Shown: piece after piece, positions 15,641-29,227 of the stretch
How the letters are laid out: each line of letters starts with the position of its first letter
How positions within the stretch are numbered: the stretch's first letter is position 1
NCBI GenBank assembly: GCA_050613775.1
Contig: JBODTK010000112.1
Location: 248,001 to 312,000, forward strand
DNA: 64,000 bases
Reading direction: 5' to 3'
Origin: Neocallimastix sp. 'constans'
Taxonomy: Eukaryota
The notes under the pieces: generated by a model
What the model was told of the DNA's origin: nothing
Seen by the model: only the letters and a program-made list of their open reading frames with translations
The model's database searches: none
Position numbers and translations under genes: made by a program

Positions 15641-16142
15641 TATATTCTTTTAATTATGCAATAATTTTTTAATTATATATTTATTTATTAATTATATATT
15701 AATTTTTTAATTATTATTTTCTTTTATTTATTTTCATTGTAGCTGAAGCTGCAAGAAGATCAAGACTTAGAAAAGCAGAAAGAATTCAAGTTTTAACTGA
15801 AATAGTTCATAATTTAGAAGAAAAAAATAAAGAATATACATTAAAAATAGCAGAACTTCAAGGTGAACAAGCAAATTGGGTAAAAAAAGAAGAAGAGTAT
15901 ACTTCTACTATTAAACAACTTCAAGATAAAATTAAACTTAAAGATAAAATTAAACTTCAAGATAAGCATAACGATACTAAATCAAAGGATACTACTAATA
16001 GTACTACTGTTAATAATGATGAAAATGATAAGAATTCTTTTAATATATCAACTCCAACTGCTACTTCCTCAACAGATACAGAATCTACTAAAGTTGATTC
16101 TGAATCCACTTCCACTGTATCAACGAAGGATTATACAATAGA

Positions 16143-16149
<7 letters not shown>
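13026..16149 (+). CDS. bZIP transcription factor with Gcn4/CpcA-like basic region; exons 13026-15330 and 15743-16149; 903 aa
   Basis: A phase-1 GTAAGT...TAG intron (15331-15742) joins KRRKN-T-EAARRSRLRKAERIQVLTEIVHNLEEKNKEYTLKIAELQGE. This closely matches yeast Gcn4 KRARNTEAARRSRARK plus a leucine zipper with the a-position Asn. Long Q/N/T/S-rich N-terminus with AQ repeats; TAG at 16147-16149. Confidence 0.9.
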
Positions 16150-16198
<49 letters not shown>

Positions 16199-16219
16199 AT
16201 AATAAGAATAAGAATAAGA

Positions 16220-16255
<36 letters not shown>

Positions 16256-16346
16256 TATATAATAAATAATAATATATAATAAATAATAATAATAATAATA
16301 ATAATTAATGATAATAATAAATTTAGTTAATCATAGTAATAATAAC

Positions 16347-16390
<44 letters not shown>

Positions 16391-17182
16391 TAATAGTTAA
16401 TCATAGTAATAATAATTAATAGTATTTAATAATAATATAATGGAAATAAAAAAAAAGAAAAGAAAAGAAAAGAAAGAAAGAAAGGAAGGAAGGAAGGAAG
16501 GAAGAAAAAGAAATTAAACATCATTAATTTGATAATTTAATAATCTAATCAAATATAACCTAATAAAATAATCATTCAATATTTTAATATAATTAATTTA
16601 GCTTTTAATGTTAATGCTAATATACTACTAATAACAATACTGTTTTTATTAAAAAAAAAAAAAAAAAAAAAAAGATAATAAATTTATAAAAAAAAGAAAA
16701 AAAAATGAAGAAAAAAATAATAATAATAATAATTGAAAAAAAAAATTTTTTTTTTATTGTATTGTAATGTGTATTATATATTAATTATATTGTATTAATA
16801 TGTGCTTTTTTTTTTTTTTATGTTTTTTTTTTTTTTTTTTTTTTTAATTTTTGTTTTTATTTGACCTTGATTCTCATTACAATAAACTTATGGCTGATGA
16901 AATGGTAGAAAATTTTATCAATACAGCAAATAATATCGGGAAAGATATTAAGGCTTTCATTCCAACAAATTTAAAAGGTCATGCTTTTCATTGTCCTTAT
17001 TACATTAAAAAAAAACTGTCTCATGAAAAAACATATTGCACTTCGAAATATTAAGCCTTACTTTAACTGTGAAAAATGTTGATAAATTACCTTGAACAAT
17101 TTAATAAATATGAAAAACTTTGCAAAAATTAATCAAGAAAATAAAGAGTAAATTTTCGTTCTGCTAGATATAAGGCTAATAT

Positions 17183-17221
<39 letters not shown>

Positions 17222-17269
17222 GGTAATTATTTTTTGAATAAAGATTTTAAAAATAGTTGGAGATGTTTG

Positions 17270-17301
<32 letters not shown>

Positions 17302-17588
17302 TAAACCATCTTATTCATCCACCTCACTTACTTTCATTAAATCTAAATTTGGTCAAGATTATTATCTCTCCTTACTAAGCAATTAGATAGATGGGCTGAA
17401 TATTTATAAACGATTTTAGCTTCTAACCCCTCAGGTCACAGCCTTAATCGTAACTACTTGGAATCATACTTTACGGGAATATTAACCTTAGATCCTTGGC
17501 TTGGAATAAACAACGGTCCAATTACGATTGAAGATATTTTAAAATATTTAAAAAAAAAAAAAAAATTATTTCATCAATGAAAAACAAT

Positions 17589-18628
17589 GGGAGAGTTGCA
17601 TTTCCCCAGATTGCATTTCGCCAAGTAGCGTATTATTAAAATGTTGCATTTCCCCATGTTGCATTTCGACAAATGGCTTATTGATATAAGTAAATGAATG
17701 AATAAATAAATAAAAATTCAAAATAATTTTTTTAAACTTGTTTTTATTATATTTTATAATTAATTATAGATATTTTTTAAAATAAAATAATTATTAATAA
17801 TATTTAGTTATAAAAATAAATTTAATTATAAAGATATATTTTAATATTTTGTAAAAAAATAATATTATAACAATACTTTAATTATAAAAATATATTTTTA
17901 AAATAATAAAATTTTATCATAAAAATATATTTTAATGTTCTTAAGCTAACCTAATCTAATAAAGATTAAAAATACTTTAATAATTATTATATTTATTTTT
18001 ATATTTAATAACTATTATAATTTTCATCGTTATTATAAAAATATTATTATTGATGTTTCTGTAATTATTGCTACAGTTTATATTATTTATTTATTATTTA
18101 TTATATATTATTTATTATTAATTTATAAAATACTATAAGAAAAACTTTTTACATTTTTCTTAAGTAGGTAAATATTATTTTTATTATTCATTTATATATA
18201 TATTTGCAAATAATAATAATATTATTTATAATTTAATCGTCATTATTATTATTAATGACAATCCTTTTATAATTATAGCAATAGTGTTTATATTATTATT
18301 TTTTTTTATTAATTATATTACTATATTGTTTATTTTATTATTATTATTTTTTTTTTATTAATTATATTACTATATTGTTTATTTTATTATTATTTTTTTT
18401 TTATTAATTATATTACTATATTGTTTATTTTATTATTATTATTTTTTTTTATTAATTATATTACTATATTGTTTATTTTATTATTATTATTTTTTTTTTT
18501 TATTTATTATTTATCAATTTATTATTTATTTAAACAGATATTTGTAAAGCTATTTATATATGAAAAAAAAATTTTTAATATTTAAATCTTCAAAAATATA
18601 AATACATCAATATTAAAAATATTTAAAT

Positions 18629-18660
<32 letters not shown>

Positions 18661-18707
18661 TAATTCTCAATTTGGCGAAATGCAACTTGGCGAAATGCCC
18701 CACACCC
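17589..18707 (+). mobile_element. Non-autonomous DNA transposon (MULE/Foldback- or Merlin-like), 1119 bp, 9-bp TSD
   Basis: Starts GGGAGAGTTGCATTTCCCC and ends GGCGAAATGCCCCACACCC. Inverted ends are built of 15-bp GTTGCATTTCGCCAA-like units. Flanked by AAAAACAAT at 17580-17588 and 18708-18716. Removing it restores LINE RT sequence. Confidence 0.92.
18290..18495. repeat. ~50-bp AT-rich tandem repeat x4 inside the DNA transposon
   Basis: Unit ttttttttattaattatattactatattgtttattttattattatta with variable T/TTA run lengths. Confidence 0.85.
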
Positions 18708-18824
18708 AAAAACAATAAAGCATCCGTGATGAATGCAATACTTTATTCATTTCCAGTAAGAGAAATTTGCCAAAGAAGAAAAATTTTCAAGGAAAATTCA
18801 CATAGTTAGCCTTTTTTTTGGATC

Positions 18825-18862
<38 letters not shown>

Positions 18863-20283
18863 TATGATTCAGTTCCTATATTTAACATTCTTAACTAAAT
18901 GATATCATTATGGAGTCCGTGGTCAATGGTTTTTGATTTTCTTTATCTCAAGATCTAAGAATCCCTTCTATTGCTGGTGTCTGCTCAGCCTTACAGATTA
19001 ACTCCTTTGCAAAATGGAATAAATCAAACTGTATTATTAAAAGATCTTATTAAATTTATTCCCAAAATGCCTTATTATTCCTGGACTAAAGAATCTAGAA
19101 CTTTGTACAAAAAAAATAAATATATATAAATGTGTAAAATATGACGGTATTTTAGAACGTTACTGGAAATCCGTTTCCAAATTTCAAGGTATTAAAAGGT
19201 CAAAACTACAATAGTAACAAGTTCTCAAATAATAAAGTTATAATTATGCTTAGCTTAAAATATCTCCAATTCAACTTAGGGTTTTTTGTGGATTATACGT
19301 TTTACGCTGTGGTTAATAAATACAATACTACTATTGCTATTAGAATGGGTAGAGTTTCAGAAGATTGTTCCAAGACTTGTCCCTCTTGTGGCAAAGATAA
19401 TCAATCTTTTGAATATTGGATTTTTTAAAATGCAATGTTCTTGTATCTTTTTAGATGGAATTCTTTAAATTTCATTGATGATCTCTATTATTTTATTCGC
19501 TTAGGAAGATTAGAGTGTTTAATCATCTTTCTTCCTATGACTCTATTTCTGATTTTTTTAATGATTATATCAATCATTATATATACTTTGTCCCTTCTAG
19601 CTATATTTCAATAGAGGAGAACAGAGACAATTAAATGAACTACTTTTCAAAGGGGTTCATCTGAGTCACTCGTTCCAAAAAATTTTGGGCTTGGCGAAAT
19701 TTCTTAACAAGGGCAATTTCCTATCATAAGTAGTTTCGTTTTGAGCTATTATTTAATAGGTATATTTTCCAAAAAATACCAAAACTTAACCAAGAGCGTC
19801 GACGTTGTATTGATAAGGCATAATGATAATACAGGATCATCTTCTATTAATAATCTCGCCTTTATAATTCAATAAATAATGAATTCGGGGAGAGTTTAGT
19901 GGACACTACACTATCTATTTTAAAGAGGTTATTTTCTAGGTTTTATTATTTTTTTTTTTTTTTTTTTTTTTTATTTTTTCTTTTGTTAAGAAGGAAAAAT
20001 TCACGCATAGTATAACTTGTCGAAATACATAGTATTTTTGAGCTTTTTTTTTTTTTTTTTTTTTTTTATTTTTAATTTTTTAACTTTTATTTTTATTTTT
20101 AAATTATTATGTACTTTTCACCTCCATGTATTTTTTTTTTTTTTTATAAAAAAATTAATAAATTTATGGAAGTGTATTCTCTTCCCTGTCTTAAAAAATA
20201 AAAAAAAAAAATAAAAAAAAAAAAAAAAAAATTGGTTTTTATTTGTTTGTTTGGATATAAAATAAAGAAATTATTTTTTTTTC

Positions 20284-20463
<180 letters not shown>

Positions 20464-20539
20464 CTCTTCTTATTCATCTAATTTTTTAGATTGTGAAATG
20501 AAAATAAAAAAAAAAAAATTTTTTTATATAAATATAATT

Positions 20540-20790
20540 TTAGGTTCCTTCTTAATGGAACTATAGCGCTTCATTTCAGATAATCAAAAATTCAATACAG
20601 GGAAATAAAAAAAAAATTTCAAAAGGAACTTCTTATGAATTAAGAATTCTGAATCCATTCTTTTCTGGAAATATTTGTAGTTGGGAAGTGTTACTTTACA
20701 TGGATTTCTAGCCTCATTAGTGCCATTACCTGTTTCCTGAAAATAAAAAGAATAATGGTTTAAAAATCATGTTGAAGTATTCCAACTAAG

Positions 20791-20826
<36 letters not shown>

Positions 20827-23824
20827 TTTTTCTGTGTTAGAATGTAAGATTGGATATGGAGAAATACGATTTAGGAGCATTGAGTTCATAATTGTCATTT
20901 ACTAGCATTTACAAAATTAGTTGAACTGAGATTTGCTAAGTTTTATATTATTGGATGTGTTATTAGATATTAAATTTTGTATTAAATGCTAAAAAAAAAA
21001 GAAACCTTATGATTCCATTTGGAACATCTACAATATAAAAATTTTTTTAAATCCTGATATAGCTTTTTCAAATACTTTTTAAAAAAAATTTTTCTTAATT
21101 GAAATTTGGAGTGTATACTTCTATCCCTGATGAAACTATCATTAAATTTAGTAATTCTTTTCACTGGCAAAATATTATCCTTAAATTTTTTGAATCTGGA
21201 ATGAGGTTAAGGAAGGTAATCCTCGAGGATAACAATATATGGAACATATAACAGTATAGATCCAAATACGTCAGGTTGCACAGAGGTTTATATCTCATGT
21301 CTCATATCAAGCAGTCCTTGAAGATAATTCCAATACTCATCTTGTTTCTGTAACAACCTATAGACGATGGAATCACTCACTCCTAGTATTCTGTAGGTAG
21401 TGTTTATATATTCCCACTAAAAAAAAAAAAAACACTCATTACAAGTCCGATATGTATTCCCTGAGGTTTTCACATGGCTTCAGAATCACACTAATCATTC
21501 CTAACTATTCTTTTTGGAGCCTTTAACATGAGCACCGCTGATTTACAAAATAAATTAACTTAATAGTAATTTTGATAAACTGGTTTATTCTTCTGATTAA
21601 TGGTTCACCTATTTTATGGACTAGAGGGAGATATTCCATCAGATATTAATCATGCGTTAGTCAACTCAAGAATGTTGGATAAAAATATCAATTTCTTATT
21701 TTGCTTATTTTGTTGACTATCCTTCTGTATCTGATCATAAACCTCTCCTAGTTTATTGTAAGAAAACTACCACAGATGAATCATTTTTGTTACTAAAAAA
21801 AAAAAAAAATTTGTCAATTGAGATAGGTATAAATGTCTTGAACTTAAGAAGGCATTTATTTGTGATCACAATAGATTTGAGATTCTTAGTGAAGAATTAG
21901 GAAATGAAGAACTTTCAGTAGATTGTATAACTTTCAGTAGATTGTATATTTTTGAAAAAGTTTATTAACACTACTAATTCTATTGCTAAGGATTTATCAT
22001 TTATATCTTCAACAGAAATCAGAAAAGCGATGTTTAGAATGTCCCAGCAAAAATTTATTGTCTTCAAAAAATTTAAACATATAAAAATATAAACAAAATT
22101 AAAGGTTATAAATCTGTATGTGATTCCAATAGAATTTGCTAAAATAAAAAAAAATGTGGACTCGCACAACAGACTATGTAAACTTGTTTCTTCTTCTACA
22201 GACGAAAAATTAAAAACTTGACATTCTCATCATATATATTCTTAGGGTCGAATTCTTCAGGTTATAGTCCTTCTAAAGATTTCTAGAAAGAATTCTGATG
22301 CACTAAGGAATTTTGGAAGACTAAGGCAACAAGAATGGGAAATTAATCAAAGTATTAGTGATGAAGAAATTTGCAAGTCAATTTCATTTACACCTAACTT
22401 TAAAGACTTGTGGTCCTGATGGTATTCCAATGGAATTCTTCAAAACTTTGATTCCTTGGTAAAAATAAAAAAAAAAAATGTTTCAGAAGAATTAAGTGAA
22501 AACAATAGTAAATACTTCATCTTGCTTTAAAATATCTCAAGGCCTTAATCAATTATATTTGGAATGGTGAATTATTTCCAAAATCATGGAAATAATTCAT
22601 CAATTGTTTCTATTCATAAAAAAGGGAAATCTATCAGATTATAATAATTATCGTGGCATCTCTCTTATCGATAATAGATTAAAAATTATAGTACAAAAAA
22701 AAAAAAATCATCACTAATAGAATTTCTAAATAGAGAATTAATAAAGGATTTATAAGACCAGAATAATATGGTTTTCGTAATCGAGAAGAAATGTATTATT
22801 AAGTCTTTACACTTCATTAAGAATTTATATGTCAGAGACGAAAATTTGAAAATAAATATACTAACCTTTCCTTTTTTTTTTTTTTTTTTGGACCTTAAAA
22901 AAAGCATATGACTCTGTTCCTATATATAATGTATTAATGAATTTATATGTCAGAGACGAAAATTTGAAAATAAATATACTAACCTTTCCTTTTTTTTTTT
23001 TTTTTTGGACCTTAAAAAAAAAAGAATATGACTCTGTTCCTATATATAATGTATTAATGAAGATTCATCACTTTGGTATTAGAGGTTTAAGGGCTATAAA
23101 ATATATTGAAAACTTATATATACTTATCTTCCAAGGCTTGTGTAAGGCTTTGATAGGCCATTATCAGAATCATTTAGTATTATGAAAGAAGTTCGTCAAG
23201 GTTGTTCCCCCCCCCTTCTTATCAATTTTATTTTAACTTGTTCATTAATGATATTTTTAATAAAAAAAAAAAAAAAAAAAAAAGGGATAAATATAGAATC
23301 TGTATTACCAAAGCTGTCAAAATGATTGAAGAAGACTGTCCATAAAGGTGTCCTTATTGTTATTAAAAAAAAAAAGTAATCCTAGATTGGAACATTATTT
23401 TTTCTAAATGCTATCCTTTTCAGTGAATTTCGAATGAAAAATTTTAAGGATATTGAAGTTCTTTATGTAAAAAAAATTTTTTTTTTTTTTTTTTTATAAT
23501 TTCTAAATATTGTCCAATATCAAATAGTAATGAAAACACAGTTGTCACAGATAATAAAAAATATAGAATCAAGTACAAATTCTGACAGTAGTAACGAAGT
23601 ATATAATATTAATAATAATAACAATAGAAATATCATTGTTAATAAAAAGTAAATTAGTGATAATGAAAATAGGAATAATTATTATTAATGATAGTAAAAC
23701 TAATAATATCGTTACTACTAATGTAGCGAATTGTTCAATTAGTGAAAATCGTGATAATTTAAGTAATTTTCTGAATAATGAGTGTGTAAATATATATGTG
23801 ACGTGGTACTGATTATATAACTTC

Positions 23825-23825
<1 letters not shown>
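20540..23825 (+). mobile_element. Degenerate LINE copy 2 (APE endonuclease + RT N-half + zinc-knuckle remnant)
   Basis: APE motifs VGSVYIP (~21393) and SDHKPLLV (~21730). RT motifs SDYNNYRGISLID (~22635), DLKK..YDSVPIYNVLMKIHHFGIRG, RQGC (~23194) and NLFINDI (~23236). EHYFSKC at ~23390. Many stops and frameshifts; the left boundary is uncertain. Confidence 0.88.
22821..23058 (+). repeat. Tandem duplication (118 + 120 bp) inside LINE RT
   Basis: 22821-22938 and 22939-23058 are near-identical, differing mainly in homopolymer length. Confidence 0.92.
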
Positions 23826-23858
<33 letters not shown>

Positions 23859-24608
23859 TGATACATTTTATATTTATATATATATATTTATCTTAATATT
23901 TATTTATAACGTATCTTTTATAATATATTACTATAATTACAATATATTACTATTTTTAATAATAGAATATTTACTTATTTATATATTTATACATATATAT
24001 TTATTTATTTATTTATTTTATAAAAAAAATAATACAATAAGTATTAACATGAAATATAAATATAATAAATTATAAATTAATTGGATTTTAATTTATTTTT
24101 ACAAATATTTTTAAAAAAAAAAAAAAAAAAAAAAAATTTAAATAAAAAACGATAGATTGTAAGAAAATAATAAGGGAATAAAAAAAAAAAATTTTTTTTT
24201 TTATTAAACTAATAGCTTTGATAAAATTGTTAAATTTATAGTATAAAAAAAAATTATTTAATTATAAAATTAAAAATTACAATGATAAATAAATAAAATA
24301 GTATTTTATAGTATTTTATTGCTGATAAATTAATAAGTAAAAATAAATTAAAAAGAAAAAGAAAAAAAAAAAAAGAAAAAGAAAATAGAAATTTTTTTTT
24401 AGATATAGTTTTCTTTTTTTTTAGATATTAATTTTTTTTTTTTTTTAGATGATAGTTTTTTTCTTTCTTTTTTTCTTTTTTTTTTTTTTCTTTTTTTTTT
24501 TGCTTAAATTATGAAATATTAACATAAATTATTATTAAAAAATAGAAAAAAAAAAAAAAAAAAAGAGTATTATAGTTTATAGTATTATAATTATTAATTA
24601 ATAATTAT

Positions 24609-24642
<34 letters not shown>

Positions 24643-24766
24643 TTTTGCTTTTTTTATTAATTATTTAATTAATAAAAAAAAAGTTATTTTACTTGTATTT
24701 TATTTATATTTTTACTTATATATATATATATATTCTTATTATTATTATTATTTATATCTTTATCAA

Positions 24767-25571
24767 TTAATTTTTACTTTCATCCTCATCTTCTTTTTCA
24801 TAGCCAATCCAAAATTGACGATGATGATCCTCAATATCTAAATCAATAACATCAAAATAACGTGATTTTTGTGGATATTGATCACTACGGAAATCCCAGA
24901 CAGCTAAGGAGCTTTCTTCCTCATATTGAATGGTGGTATAAATAAATGAATAATCCGTACTAAATTCTGCAAAACTTATTTCACTGGATAAATCAACCAT
25001 ACGCAATGCTGGTAAATCAAGATCAAGTTTTTCTAAGGCTCTTGATTCTGATAAATTATAGAGAAGTTCTCCGGATTTTAAGGACCATATACTAAGCATA
25101 TTTCGTTCCGGTCCATTCGTAAGTAAGATATGACTATTAACCGCTAAGGTGAATGGATATTGCATTTGTGGTGGCATAAATTCATTTCCAATCACTTCAT
25201 CATCAGCAACTTCATTTTCAGCTAATAATTGATTTAAATGATTAACTATATTACCTTCTGATTCAGGTTGATCTTCTTGTTGTTGATCTTCTTCTTCCAT
25301 ATAGGCATCACTACTATTATTTGGATTGGGCATCATCATTTCTTGAGTTTCCTCCTCTAATATAGGATGAGGTTGGCGTGGTCGATGATGATTAATCTTT
25401 TTTTTTTTTTTATTTTTTAAATACAAATATAAAATTATATATATTATTAGTATTATTTATTATTAGTTCATAATATATATTATTAATATTATTTATGATT
25501 AGTAAATATATTTATTAATTGTTTTATGCATGATTAGTAATGTAATATTAATAATAATTATAATATCATTT

Positions 25572-25606
<35 letters not shown>

Positions 25607-27850
25607 CTATTTTTAATAATATTAGATTATTATCATTACTTACACTTGTATAATCATTTATACTATCTGAGTAGGATTGACGATGATTAATCATGGCTAA
25701 TATTTGATTAATATCTGAAGCATCATTATCAGCATCATCACTACTATCATTATTTCTATTTAATGTACCATTAATTTTTAGTCTTATTAAATGAAATAAT
25801 TCTTGAGCTTTTTGATTTTGAGGATGATACATAATATTAATACATTTATTTTTGGAGATATCATAGATGAAATAAATACTACTTTGAAGAGCAAATGCAA
25901 TATAATCATTCCAGAGGGCTACATTTGTATAATTTTCTTCTTCATTTGGATTAATAAATTCTTTTGGAATTTTATAGGTTGTAATAAGTTCTCCAGTATT
26001 AATATTCCATACCATAATTAATCCTTTATTATTTGTGGCTACCATTCTATCTTTATGAACACTCATAGAAATAATAAGACCTGATTAAATAAAAATAAAA
26101 AAAAATAAAAATAAAAATAAAAATAAAGAAAAAAAAATGATAATAATAATAAAATGAAATAATATAAAAAATAATAAAAAATAATAATAGAATAATTAGT
26201 AAAAATAGAAAAATGTTTTCATTTATATATAAATATAAATTTTTATAGTATGAAAAATAATTCAAATCTAATATATATATTATTTAAAAATAAATATATA
26301 TATATATTTTTTGTATATATTTATATATTGTCTTTAATTTATATTAAGATGTAATATAAAATAATAAACCTTCAAATAATAATAAAATAATAATAATAAT
26401 AAATAATAAATAAGCATATATATATTATTTTTTTTTTTACCTAAAGAACTTCTAACGTTAAATCTTCTTTTAATAGAAAAATCTCTAATATCCCATACAA
26501 TAATTTCCGAGTTTAAATCAAAGGAAACGATATAATGTTGATGATTAGATAATACAAGACCAATTTCTTCATCATGTCCTTTTAAACGACGAATATAACG
26601 TTTGGTTTCAATATCATAGACTTGAATTTCTCTAAAATTATAAATCCAAAATAAATAGTGTCCACAAATAGAAACAGTATAGGGTTCCGATCTTCCATAA
26701 GGCCATACCATTAAATATTTCTTTTTCGTTTTTGGAGTGGAATTTTTTCCTGAAAATTTATTAATAAATGGAATTTTTGATAAATATGATGAAAAAGAGG
26801 AATGTTCATTACAAGAGGAGGAGGATGAAGTATTATCAAATTCATAATCATCATCTTCATCATCTTTATCAAGTGATTCAGGAAGCATTATTACAGAATC
26901 TGATGATGATGACGATGATGATGGAGATTCTACCATAGAAAAAATAGATTCTGATGAATCATTTTCATTTTCATTTTCTTTAATTGAATTTGATGAAGAA
27001 GGTATACTATCATAATAATTATTATTTTCTATGTATTTTTGGGGCTTACTCGAAGAACTTTCCGATGATGATGAGTATGATGAACTAACGGAAGATGTTA
27101 ATGGAGTGACAAGACCATTTTTTGATTGAGATGATTTTCTTTTCTTATTGATATGTTCTTTCATATTTTTAGGATTAGGGTATGGGAAAGGATAATAGGA
27201 AGAAAAGGTAGTAGATGGAGAATACGATGATGATTTAAATGCATAAGGATTAATATTTAAATAGGTTTGATTAAAACGGCTTTGTTTTTGAGCTTGACCT
27301 AATTGGAAAGGTTGATGATGAGAAGTAAAATAATACTTTTCATGTTGCATATTGAAATTTAAAAGAAAAATTTCTTTCCACTGTACATCATAAATATGAT
27401 AAGATTTATTATTGGTATATATTTTATGGTCTAATCCCCAATAATTTTTACAAAGATGTCTCCATATCAATTGTTCATTGTTTTCAATTAAGGATTTCCA
27501 TTCTTTACAAGTTTGTTTTGCTCTTCCTAAAGACTCCAAGTCAAGATTTTGAAGACATTTAAGAATAACCTCCTTAATTAAAACATTCTATTATATTAAA
27601 TAAATTTAAAAATTATTGTTTAGTAAAACAAAAAGAAAAATATATAATAATAAAATAAATAAATAAATAAATAAAATGAAATAAAATATATTTATATATA
27701 TATAGAAAAAAGAATGATAATAGTTTTTAGTTAATAGTTTTTAGTTTTATAATTTTATCATTGTTTTTTATTAATTGAAATATAATAATTAATAAATTTT
27801 AAAAATTCCAATAAATAGTTATAAAGGTTAGATTTTTTTAATTTTATTAC

Positions 27851-27900
<50 letters not shown>

Positions 27901-28264
27901 AAATTATAAAAATATATTATAAATGTATAAAATAATTGTTAAATTTTATTCGACAAATTAAAGTTATTTTTAAATTACCGAAAAAATTAACTTTATATTT
28001 CAATATTAATAAATAAATAAATAAATAAAAAAACATATATAATAATATTTATTAACAAAAAATATAAATATTTCATAAATATACCTTTTTCCTATGAGTA
28101 TTTGAATTTGGAATTATCTTTCCTTTATCTTTTGCTTTACTAATAATTTTCTTCTTATTAAAAAAGCAATTATTAATTCCTTTCATAAGAAAATTCTGTT
28201 TCTTTTTAGAATTTTCCGATTCATTTTTATTCATATCTTTATTAGTTTTCATATTACCATGCAT
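24767..28264 (-). CDS. F-box / WD40-like repeat protein; exons 28264-28085, 27587-26441, 26080-25644, 25396-24767; 797 aa
   Basis: F-box NVLIKEVILKCLQNLDLESLGRAKQTCKEWKSLI..IWRHLC. WD-type repeats LKGHDEEIGLV..IIVWDI, IMVWNINTGE, LSIWSLKSGE, LAVWDF. All three introns are GT-AG with matching phases (0,1,0). The first exon and start codon are less certain. Confidence 0.85.
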
Positions 28265-29188
28265 TAAGTTCAAATGAATGAAAGGATAATTTATATTGAT
28301 AATGTTTATTAAAAAAAATAATAAAAAAAAAAAAAATTCTACTCTATTATAAATTTTTTATAAAATAATTTTTTTTTTTTTTTTTTTAAAATAAAAGTAA
28401 AAAAAAAAAAATAAAATTCCTTATGTAAAATGAATTACCTGATTAAATTAGTAGTAAAAAACTTTAAACAAAAAATGTTAAATAATTTTAGAATATAACT
28501 TCATGAATGTTTTAATATATATTTTATTGTCATGTAAATTCATATATTGAAATATGAAGATAATATCATTTATATTTTATTTGTTAAATAAAATAAAAGT
28601 CTTTATATTGAATATATTTTATTTTTAAAGTTTAATGAATAATACTTAGAGTAAATTAAATTCTAAAATACACTTTTTTTTTTCTAATGTATTGGTATAT
28701 ATTTATATGTTTTTTTATTAGTAATATTATTATTGCTTCAAAGTATACCAATGGAAAAAAGTATAATATATCATATCTTTATATATCAAATAATAAAAAT
28801 GTTGATATATTGAAGTGTGATTTTTTTTATTTATAAATATTTTTTAAAATACTTTATTCAAAATGAATTATTATAAGTTATCTTATAAAAATAATTTAAA
28901 TTTTGTGAAAAATTACTCTTAAAAGAAAATACTTTATTACTATTATTTTAAGAATAATTTTTCTATTTTCAATAAAAAAAAATTGTACTATAGAACTTAT
29001 TTACTGTTAATAATTCTATCATACAATATATTTTTATTTTATATTTTACATAAATATTTTAAAAATAACAAAAATATCTTTTATTAATTTTATATAAATA
29101 TTACTCTTTTTTTTTTTTTTTATCGAAAAAAAAATATATTTTTTAATAATAAAAAAAAGGTAAAAAAAAAAAAAAAAAAATTTAAACG

Positions 29189-29227
<39 letters not shown>

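Larger units (their letters stand above)
16850..19940 (+). mobile_element. Degenerate non-LTR retrotransposon (LINE) copy 1, internally deleted, interrupted by a DNA transposon
   Basis: Frameshifted RT motifs: SSMKNN|KAS (KAPGPDG region, split by the insertion) and FLDL..AYDSVP (~18815-18878). Also YYSWTKESRTL and a C-terminal zinc knuckle CPSCGKDNQSFEYWIF (~19378-19425). Boundaries approximate. Confidence 0.88.

Noticed and set aside
15331..15653. Tyr/Cys-rich C-terminus of the 875-aa ORF as the real protein end
   Set aside because: It is intron read-through; splicing restores the bZIP domain.
19691..19700. TTGGCGAAAT match to the DNA transposon repeat unit
   Set aside because: An isolated 10-mer within LINE sequence, with no terminus or TSD.
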